Made by a program: the position numbers and the translations under genes | Source: Candidatus Bathyarchaeia archaeon | Lineage (GTDB): Archaea > Thermoproteota > Bathyarchaeia > TCS64 | NCBI GenBank assembly: GCA_050014495.1 | Contig: JBEKDF010000009.1 | Coordinates: 1 to 64,000, forward strand | DNA: 64,000 nt | Direction of reading: 5' to 3' | The notes under the pieces: model-generated | Databases searched by the model: none | The model's input: the letters and a program-made list of their open reading frames with translations, nothing else | What the model was told of the DNA's origin: nothing | Shown: positions 1-7,856 of the stretch, in pieces | Layout: every line of letters begins with the position of its first letter | How positions within the stretch are numbered: the first letter of the stretch is position 1

Positions 1-109
1 AGTATTGTTGCGTAGGTGGTTTCCTTGTGGACGTCTAGTCCACAGACGACGGCGCTCATGGTTTGACCTGAGCGCCGCGCCGATAAAGTCTTCATACATC
101 ATCGCGCGC

Positions 110-358
110 ATGAGGACCTCGTCTGTGTTGGGTCTTCGTCCCCTCGGGGTGTCGTTGGTGTACATGGCCTTGATTATGGGTCTGAAGGCTTCCCAGTCGA
201 TGGCTTGGCCTATTTTGGCGAGTCTGTCTCCTTTTCCTTTGACTTTTTCGTAGAGTTTTCTGAGGAGGTAGCTGTCGAAGGACTCCATGTGTGTGAAGTC
301 GTTGGGGGTGATCTAAATAGTTAACCGAGGGGGAAAAGAGAGGTAAATCCGAATTCTC
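110..358 (-). mobile_element. IS5-family insertion sequence remnant (left end plus N-terminal transposase fragment)
   Basis: The minus-strand frame from ATG at 288 reads MESFDSYLLRKLYEKVKGKGDRLAKIGQAIDWEAFRPIIKAMYTNDTPRGRRPNTDEVLM, like archaeal IS5 transposase N-termini (IDWExFRP...GxRP). Similarity stops at ~110. Possible terminus GAGAATTCGG reading inward from 358. Not in the ORF track because the frame runs off the window. Confidence 0.75.
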
Positions 359-589
359 TATACTATATAATGTATGCCACACCTGTTTTTCGCAAAAAAA
401 GTTATTTTCAAAAAATCTTAGGTATGATATCTTTGATGGGATAGATCACAAATAAAGCGATTAGATCACAGTGAATCGTCAATCCTACGCAAATTGTCCA
501 CGATACCGGGTGCGGCTTCCAGACCCTCCACACGCCTTCTTAACCAAATTTTCCGATACTCCTGTACTAATAAAAATTGACGCACTACC

Positions 590-826
590 ATGATTCCGGA
601 GTCTAACTCAATCCTATCTCTCCTTGTTTTTCTGAGCTTGATGAGCTTGGATGGGCCTCACCATAGCCATGCTTCTGGTCACGCAAGCGGACCTAAATTA
701 TTCGAGGCTCTTGAACGAATAAACCCAAGGAAAATATTGCCGATACATATTGAGAATGCGGTTCTATTTCAGAATAGGTTTAGCCAAAATATCCTTGTTG
801 AGTTCGGTAAGAGAATCAGTATCTAA
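590..826 (+). pseudogene. C-terminal fragment of an MBL-fold/beta-CASP (RNase J-like) hydrolase
   Basis: HASGHAS...INPRKILPIH matches the RNA-metabolising MBL C-terminal motif. The rest of the enzyme is absent. Confidence 0.65.
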
Positions 827-944
827 CTTCATTTCCACACGCATTAGCTGTACTTCGTAATAGAATTTTTTCAAGTATTTTCTACCTGTTTGCACGGAGC
901 CTGAAACTCAAAGTATCATCAGTTTCTTACTACTGAGGAGGTCG

Positions 945-1145
945 TTGATTCCCAGTGATCTGAAGGCTATAGATAGTGCAACGATTGGCGAGAATCTGGT
1001 TTACTTTCACGATGATGAATCCGGAGGTGATCTCGCTGCTAAGATGAAGGAGCCTGGATTCAGTCAGATTCCGATAAAAAATAGAACCAATGGGAATTGG
1101 ATCGGCAACGTGACAGATTTCGCACGTGCGACCATTACTGAATAA
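945..1145 (+). pseudogene. CBS-domain-like fragment
   Basis: KMKEPGFSQIPI...IGNVT resembles a single CBS motif. The ORF ends shortly after it. Confidence 0.45.
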
Positions 1146-1236
1146 TTTGTGAATGACGCTTAGAACCTCTTAAATGGAGAAAGGCCTTGAAATACTTAGT
1201 AAATAATAAATGTTCATGGTAAGATGAAGATGTGGG

Positions 1237-1554
1237 ATGTTATCTCTAAAGGACTCTTGGATAAAGGCTGCAATCGAACACAGGACGCTAACCATTAGAT
1301 ATCATTCCGGACGTACAAAAGGAGAATACACCGTCCGTGAAGTTGAACCTGATTACTATGGTTATGATGTTACAGGGAAAAATAACGGTTGCTGGGGTCT
1401 TTGCCGTCTTCGAGGTGATGTAAGGTGCTTCAAGGAAGACTCAATAATCGATTGGCATTATACTGGCAATACCTACTCTCCCAACCCGTTAGGAAGATGG
1501 CAAGAACTAATACCCATCTATAAAGCGAGAAAACTTGATCAAACGCATTGGTAA
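1237..1554 (+). CDS. stand-alone WYL-like domain protein
   Basis: AAIEHRTLTIRY...REVEP...GLCRLRGDVRCFK follows the WYL consensus (AI...Y...RxVxP...CxLRxxxRxF). Confidence 0.7.
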   Translation: MLSLKDSWIKAAIEHRTLTIRYHSGRTKGEYTVREVEPDYYGYDVTGKNNGCWGLCRLRGDVRCFKEDSIIDWHYTGNTYSPNPLGRWQELIPIYKARKLDQTHW

Positions 1555-1557
1555 AGA

Positions 1558-3516
1558 TTAAACGATCATTTTTTTATGCAAGGCATCTATTTTTTCAATA
1601 ATATCTTCAAAATGAGGAAATTTCAAACATCTACCATATGCAATTTCTGTGAACCGTGCCCACATCTCTGGATTTTTTCTAATTCTATCATCGTCACAAT
1701 CAAGTTCTTTTTCAATTTCCTCCCAGATGCTCTCAAAAACCTCCGTCGTCAAAATTCTATCAAGTTCTGTTTCTAAATTATGATCATTATACGCCCACTC
1801 ATCGAAAACCTTCTGAGCGGGTAGCGTTGTTTCCCTGCTTTGTACTAGCTTTAATATCTTTCTATTCTGAAGATCATAAGTACTATCTTTATCAAAAATG
1901 AGATAATTAGGAATTTTAAGACCGTCAAAAATTATTTTGGAGTTAATTACTCCGCCCTTGCCTCCGGTAGTTAGAATTGCAATCGAATACTTATTCCAGT
2001 TCTTTTCTTTCAGCTCTTGTAGCTTCCAAAGCACACCCAAATCGGATTGTCCCTCAACAAGCACGATAAAATCAGCAAAGAAACCTTCGTTCATAATTGT
2101 ATTCATGAGAGGAATTGAACGCACTCTAAAATTAGCAACAGGATCACGATAGGTGCGACCTTCACAGACTTCACTAAATCTAGCTCCGGCCTGGTCTATC
2201 GAAAAAGAGTGAATATTAATAGTTGGAGCAGCTTCTTCTTGTTTTATCTTTCGACATACTCTTAGATCGTCAAAACGTTCTAACCCAACGAAGAATGGGG
2301 AGTGAGTCGTGTAAATAACTTGAGTGTGAGGCTGCTCGTCCTCTTGGTCTCTTTTTGCTAGTTTGAGTAGGATATCCGAAAAGTATCTACATCGAGCAGG
2401 ATGCAAGTATAATTCAGGTTCTTCTATAGCTAATATTGTATCAATACGTACAGGTACTTGCCCTTCTTCGGCTTCTTCCTCTGAAATCTTCGCTTTAATA
2501 ATAGTCAAATATTCTAAAGGTGTAAGAATAATTGCTCTTTGCAGCCCATGCCCTTTATGCGATACATCGCTTTCAAAATTGTCCTCAAACACTGTTCGTG
2601 AAACGGTGGGAAGATTGATTTCTGGTGGCACCGGTTCATTCCAATTCAAACGAATTTCTGAACCTGGAGAATACCTTTCCAAAACTGTTGAAATATCCTT
2701 CGAAAGGTCTTCAAGTCCACCGAGGTTTTGTGGGCTGTACTTATTAATTATTGAACGAGTTACAACTTCTTTAAATTCTCGTAGGTCTACTCTTTGTTCA
2801 ATTTTTTCAAGAACTATCAAATCTAATAATTGATCAATCGCACTTCTGTTACCTTCCGTTTCTTCTGAGGCTTCTTTTACTGCTGGTAAGAAAATCAATT
2901 TAGTATACTTATCAAGGATACCCCCACCGACATTTCTTGCACCCAAGAAGGTACCTTTTGTTTGAAATACTTGTAGCTTTTCGGGGTGATCTTTTTCGTA
3001 TTGTTCCATCAACTCATCGACTACGCGCTCACTTGATGCTCTTCCTGTGAGCCCAGTCAAGGTAACACTTTCTACAAGTTGGGTGAAAGCTCTTCTTTTT
3101 TCTATAGCTCCTATAGTATTACGTATCTGCACAAATTCTGGTACTTGTTTTTTATAAGAATAATATTCTTCTACCGATTTTGAAGTTTCATCATTCCAAT
3201 GTATTATTTTCTTTATAGTTAATTTATCGTCTTGAATATATGATCTAAATTCATCTATCTCTTTATTTGTAAAATTATTAAATTCAATTTCAATTTCTAT
3301 AGGCTCTTCAGCATTACCATTATAGAAATCATCTATTTTTGTATTTGCTTCTGGTGTATAAAAATTATTTATCGCTTGAAGTATTGATGATTTTCCACTA
3401 TTATTTCTTCCTATGAATATTACTATATTTTTGAACAAAGTTGACACGTTTTTTAACGAACGGTAATTTTTTATTATAATTTTTTCAATTTTCATCTTAA
3501 TTGAAGGGCTATTCAA
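1558..3516 (-). CDS. OLD-family ATP-dependent endonuclease (ABC ATPase + TOPRIM)
   Basis: NYRSL, Walker A GRNNSGKS, GHGLQR signature, Walker B IEEPELYLHP, TTHSP, TOPRIM LVEGQSD...FDKD. The gene is visibly AT-rich. Confidence 0.9.
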   Translation of the reverse strand: MNSPSIKMKIEKIIIKNYRSLKNVSTLFKNIVIFIGRNNSGKSSILQAINNFYTPEANTKIDDFYNGNAEEPIEIEIEFNNFTNKEIDEFRSYIQDDKLTIKKIIHWNDETSKSVEEYYSYKKQVPEFVQIRNTIGAIEKRRAFTQLVESVTLTGLTGRASSERVVDELMEQYEKDHPEKLQVFQTKGTFLGARNVGGGILDKYTKLIFLPAVKEASEETEGNRSAIDQLLDLIVLEKIEQRVDLREFKEVVTRSIINKYSPQNLGGLEDLSKDISTVLERYSPGSEIRLNWNEPVPPEINLPTVSRTVFEDNFESDVSHKGHGLQRAIILTPLEYLTIIKAKISEEEAEEGQVPVRIDTILAIEEPELYLHPARCRYFSDILLKLAKRDQEDEQPHTQVIYTTHSPFFVGLERFDDLRVCRKIKQEEAAPTINIHSFSIDQAGARFSEVCEGRTYRDPVANFRVRSIPLMNTIMNEGFFADFIVLVEGQSDLGVLWKLQELKEKNWNKYSIAILTTGGKGGVINSKIIFDGLKIPNYLIFDKDSTYDLQNRKILKLVQSRETTLPAQKVFDEWAYNDHNLETELDRILTTEVFESIWEEIEKELDCDDDRIRKNPEMWARFTEIAYGRCLKFPHFEDIIEKIDALHKKMIV

Positions 3517-3937
3517 TCCATTTTTAAATTTTATGTAATAAAAGAGTCAGTTTCCAATATATTAGCTAAGAATTGTGCGTAAAGTTTTCCAGCTTTTTAT
3601 GATTTAATCTGTATGGCTGTCGGATCGATCATTCGAATTAAATTAGAAGAATAGGATAAGATCAGTGCCTCAAACCCAAACCACTACTCTCCCCTACTCT
3701 GCCCCATTCTCCTAGCTACTCTCTCTCCCCTCCCCACCCCCTTACACAACAAACAAACACACGCGAACGAAGAACTTTTAGATGGGCTGGCTTCAAATAA
3801 TCAAACTCAGCTCTATACAATATCCATTAATAGAAGTGAATTAAATTTTATTTGCAATTTTTCGTGCTAAATTGTTAAAAGTATTTTGAGTGATATTAAA
3901 AGAGATTCTTGGGGCTGACTTGTGAGGAAGATTTGAA

Positions 3938-5095
3938 TTGAATTACATTGGTGAGTTTGTCGACGAAATAAGATCTCGTAAATTACATTTTCAATCAATT
4001 TTAGGCTTAACTAAAGATCGAAGTAGGCTGGAGGAGACCCTAAGAGAGGGCATCATGGACCACTGGTCAATTCTTCCTGATCGAGCTTTTTGTTTTAGTC
4101 GTGAATTTGCTGTTGACAGCAGTAGCGCGATGAGGAGTCTCTCGAATGGCATTGAACTCTACATCACGCGGAGCATGATGATAGGTAACGATGGGTCCAG
4201 AAGAAAAGGCGTAAAGTTTGAAATGATAAAAGCCCCACCCGCAGCCATGATTTCCCTAAATTTCGAAAGAATGCTTAGGGATTTGATCGAAGTTGAAGCA
4301 GTACTCAATAATGTTGAGAGTTTAAAGGATGGAGACATCGTTCTCGTGGATGGTAATCTGTACGGTCGTCTCACTCACCTCGTGGAAGAGCTCCCTCTAG
4401 AGAATTGGCGTCACCTTCCTTTGCTTATCTTCGAGAGACTTCAGAACCTCTTCATCAAATGCAGAGAAAAGAAGGTGATGCTAGTAGGCGTCTCTAAATT
4501 CAGCCGCACACGTGTACTGTGTAGCGCCCTTCTCAATGAAAAGGGCGTAAACATTACTGATCCCTTGTTCCTTGATACCGAGATAATAAATAGGTTCAAA
4601 CAGGGCGTTCCCGGTCACTCAACCCCGCTTCTCTTGGGCGAGTACGCTCTCGAGCGGGCTGAGGAGATGAGAATCGACCCGGAGAGCTACAGAAAACGGT
4701 ATTTTAGGAACATTCCGGAGTCACAGGTTGAATGGGCGGTTAAGACGATCCGCGGAGTATCTGAAGCCCCCGCTATTGCCATGTTCCACATGACGCCTAC
4801 CTTAGGGGAGCAGCCACTTAGGGTCGACATACCCGCTAGCTGCCTCGGGATCGACGCCAAGATAATGGATGTAAGACCCTACAAGTTCGTCGATCCATCT
4901 ATTGTCGAACCCGTCGTGAAGCAGCTGCTCTCAGGGTATGGAGGACGGGAGGTCTACAACGCCCTCCTCTGGGCAACCGATCATGAGGTTCGTCTGGGTG
5001 AGGAGGCTGTCGACACCATCTACAGGCAGGTCATAGGTGATGAGCTGGGGATCCAGGTTGAGTACGATAGGAGTTCTAGGAGGTTCCATGGATGA
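3938..5095 (+). CDS. nurA: NurA-family nuclease
   Basis: FAVDSS, LVDGNL and GVSK motifs. Overlaps the start of herA. Confidence 0.85.
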   Translation: MNYIGEFVDEIRSRKLHFQSILGLTKDRSRLEETLREGIMDHWSILPDRAFCFSREFAVDSSSAMRSLSNGIELYITRSMMIGNDGSRRKGVKFEMIKAPPAAMISLNFERMLRDLIEVEAVLNNVESLKDGDIVLVDGNLYGRLTHLVEELPLENWRHLPLLIFERLQNLFIKCREKKVMLVGVSKFSRTRVLCSALLNEKGVNITDPLFLDTEIINRFKQGVPGHSTPLLLGEYALERAEEMRIDPESYRKRYFRNIPESQVEWAVKTIRGVSEAPAIAMFHMTPTLGEQPLRVDIPASCLGIDAKIMDVRPYKFVDPSIVEPVVKQLLSGYGGREVYNALLWATDHEVRLGEEAVDTIYRQVIGDELGIQVEYDRSSRRFHG

Positions 5096-6687
5096 GTGCG
5101 AGAAAAGTAGGTTACATCGCCGGAGAGGTTGAGACCGGAAGCTTCTGGTTTGTAAGCGACTTAGAGGACTTTCCTCCCAGACACGAGTATCTAATAATCC
5201 CGCATGTTAGAGAGCGCAGCAGCTCCGGGTTCAAAGATGTTGAGGTACTTGCCCAGGTCAGTAGAATAGCGAACTACTCAGACATCTTGGGTGAGCGCCT
5301 CAGTCTTCAAGAGCTTGAAACCATAATCAGCCGCTACAGTGGAAATACCAAGGTCTACGGCGAGGCGAGTATCCTCGGCTACATGAGCGAGAGCGGCGAG
5401 GTGTTGATGCCACGCAGCGCAGCCATCCCAGGGCAGGAGGTATTCGTAGCCCCCACGGAGACACTGGAGCGCTTCTTCGCCCGAGACGTCAAGTCTGGGA
5501 TACCAATAGGTAATCTGATTACACGTGATGAGGTGAGAGTAGTAATCGACCCGAACGGCTTCAGGAGACACGTTGCAATAATTGCCCAGACGGGCGCCGG
5601 CAAGAGCTATCTCGTTGGCTTGATGCTTGAGCGCCTCCTTCCCCTCGGTGCAACGATAATCGTCTTCGACCCCAACAGCGACTACGTGATGATGAGGAGA
5701 GATTCGGGTGGGAACCCAACAAAGATAGCAGATGACGTGGTAATATATCGCCCCCCAGGAATATCGGGCAGACGCCACTCGGATGAGGAGATCGGCGGCT
5801 CGGAGAGCTACACCATTGACTTCAGTTCCCTCGGCTCCGAGGGAATCCAGGACGTCGCCGGCATCTCCTCACAGTGGACCCACATAATAAAGGCCATAGA
5901 ATCTGCCCTTCAAGGCCTACAGGGCTATTACGAGCCAAGGCAGCTAATTGAAGCGCTGACGAATCTGAGCAACGATGACCAATATCCCGAACAGCGAGCA
6001 GCGGGAAACGCGCTATCATACATAAAACGTCTTCAAAAGTACCCAATCTGGGGTAACAAGGATATCCCGATTACGGACCTCATACGTCCGATGCACATGA
6101 GCATCATAGACCTAGCTGGCCTCCAGAGGCGCGTATCCGCCTACATCGTCTCAAAGACCCTGGAAGACATCTGGTCCCGAGCAGTCACCGGAGACCTCGA
6201 CTTCCCAATATTCGTGGTGTTGGAGGAGGCCCACAACTTCGCACCCGCATCAGGAGGCGACAGGGCTGCATCAAGCGCAATAATCGAGCGAATAGCCGCC
6301 GAAGGGAGGAAATTCGGGATATTCTTAACAGTCATAACTCAGCGCCCGAACAAGATCAACAGCAACGTTCTGAGCCAGTGCAACAGCCAGATAATAATGA
6401 GGCTTACCAACCCGGATGACATGAGCGCGGTACGAAGAAGCAGCGAGGGATTGAGCGAGGAGCTATTCCAGGATCTGCCAGGGCTCAATCGTGGCGAGGC
6501 AATCATCGTGGGAGAGCTAACAAAGGTGCCTACCATGGTCAAGGTTACTGGGAGGCAGAGCGGAGAAGGCGGAAGCGACATAGATATCGTTGGTGCCTTA
6601 GAACGCGCCCGTGGGAAGCATAAATTCGATATGCACGCCGAGGAAAAACCCGATCAAAAAGACTCTGAATACCGCACGAAGTGGTGA
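5092..6687 (+). CDS. herA: HerA/FtsK-family DNA translocase
   Basis: HAS-barrel-like N-terminus, RHVAIIAQTGAGKS, FDPNSDY, VLEEAH, EGRKFG, TQRP. Confidence 0.95.
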   Translation: MSARKVGYIAGEVETGSFWFVSDLEDFPPRHEYLIIPHVRERSSSGFKDVEVLAQVSRIANYSDILGERLSLQELETIISRYSGNTKVYGEASILGYMSESGEVLMPRSAAIPGQEVFVAPTETLERFFARDVKSGIPIGNLITRDEVRVVIDPNGFRRHVAIIAQTGAGKSYLVGLMLERLLPLGATIIVFDPNSDYVMMRRDSGGNPTKIADDVVIYRPPGISGRRHSDEEIGGSESYTIDFSSLGSEGIQDVAGISSQWTHIIKAIESALQGLQGYYEPRQLIEALTNLSNDDQYPEQRAAGNALSYIKRLQKYPIWGNKDIPITDLIRPMHMSIIDLAGLQRRVSAYIVSKTLEDIWSRAVTGDLDFPIFVVLEEAHNFAPASGGDRAASSAIIERIAAEGRKFGIFLTVITQRPNKINSNVLSQCNSQIIMRLTNPDDMSAVRRSSEGLSEELFQDLPGLNRGEAIIVGELTKVPTMVKVTGRQSGEGGSDIDIVGALERARGKHKFDMHAEEKPDQKDSEYRTKW

Positions 6688-7856
6688 AGATGAGTCTTAA
6701 AATAGTCTTAACAGGTGACAACCACCTCAATTATTATAATCAGAAACTAGGATCGAGGCTTGCGAAGCGTCGAGAGTACATTGGGCGCAACTGGAGACGA
6801 ACCATAGACTACGCTATCGAGCACGAGGCCGACCTCTACCTACATACGGGTGACCTATTCGACCAGATCAGCCCGAGGAACCCTCCGCGTGCAAGCGTCG
6901 TTGAGGGTTTCAGGGAGTTGATCGACGCTGGCGTCCAGCCATTCATAATAGCTGGGAACCACGAGGCCCCCGGGAGCACGAGCGACGGCCTCTCCCCCCA
7001 CGCAGTGCTCCATGAAGCTGCCCTCGCAACCGTATTTGAGGACACTCTCAAACCCGAGCAGAAGATCATCGAAGTGAATGGTATACGGGTCTCAATCACG
7101 GGCATGTCATACAATCAGAGGCTAGGCCCCGGTAAAGATCCGCTCCAAGGTATCACACTTCCAGCCGGGGCCGATTACAACATCGCAATGCTGCACTATT
7201 CACTGGATAAGGTCACTTCAACTATCTGGGAGGAGCCAAGACTCGAGTTATCAAGCCTCGAGGAGAACCCCGCCATCCAATTGTATGCGATGGGTCACAT
7301 TCACGCGCACATTCACACAATGGTCGGCGACTCACTTGTCCTGTACCCAGGAGGCACTGAGCACTTCGACTTTGGTGAGGCTGAAAACTCCACAGGCTTC
7401 TGCGAAATCGTGTTCAGCGGTGGCAAGACCCGCTTCGAGTACATTCCGCTGGATTCCCAGCCGATGCATCAGCTGAAACAGCACACAAGCAGCTTGCCAC
7501 AAGGAAACCCAAGCGACGAACTGCTAAAACGTGTAGAGAAGGCAAGTGATCCCAATGGTCTTCTTCAACTGATCCTAGAGGGCGAGGTCCCATTCGACGA
7601 GTATACACGTATAGATTTTACATCGCTCTTCGATCGAGGCAACAGTGCCAACTTCTACTTTGAGTACGTTGACCGCATAAAGCCTCAAGTGGAGGGACTG
7701 GAGCTCGAAAAGGCCAGCGGGTTACATCCACGGGGCGAGCTCACGACCGTGGGGATGAAAGCTGTGGAGAACGCGGCTGATGAGGAGAAACAAGTTTGGG
7801 AGAGAGCGCTCGAGCTGGCTCTGGCAAGCTACGATAAATGCCAGGAAGGAACCTGA
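6681..7856 (+). CDS. mre11: Mre11/SbcD nuclease
   Basis: Phosphoesterase motifs GDNH, GDLFD, GNHE and GHIH are all present. Confidence 0.93.
   Translation: MVKMSLKIVLTGDNHLNYYNQKLGSRLAKRREYIGRNWRRTIDYAIEHEADLYLHTGDLFDQISPRNPPRASVVEGFRELIDAGVQPFIIAGNHEAPGSTSDGLSPHAVLHEAALATVFEDTLKPEQKIIEVNGIRVSITGMSYNQRLGPGKDPLQGITLPAGADYNIAMLHYSLDKVTSTIWEEPRLELSSLEENPAIQLYAMGHIHAHIHTMVGDSLVLYPGGTEHFDFGEAENSTGFCEIVFSGGKTRFEYIPLDSQPMHQLKQHTSSLPQGNPSDELLKRVEKASDPNGLLQLILEGEVPFDEYTRIDFTSLFDRGNSANFYFEYVDRIKPQVEGLELEKASGLHPRGELTTVGMKAVENAADEEKQVWERALELALASYDKCQEGT

Noticed and set aside
5..382. ORF-track calls 5..253 (+) and 92..382 (-)
   Set aside because: Alternative frames over the IS5 transposase fragment, which reads in a different minus-strand frame from 288.
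3670..3775. C/T- then C/A-rich low-complexity tract with repeated CTACTCT
   Set aside because: No regular period or spacers. Possibly IS-tail debris, but not supportable as a feature.
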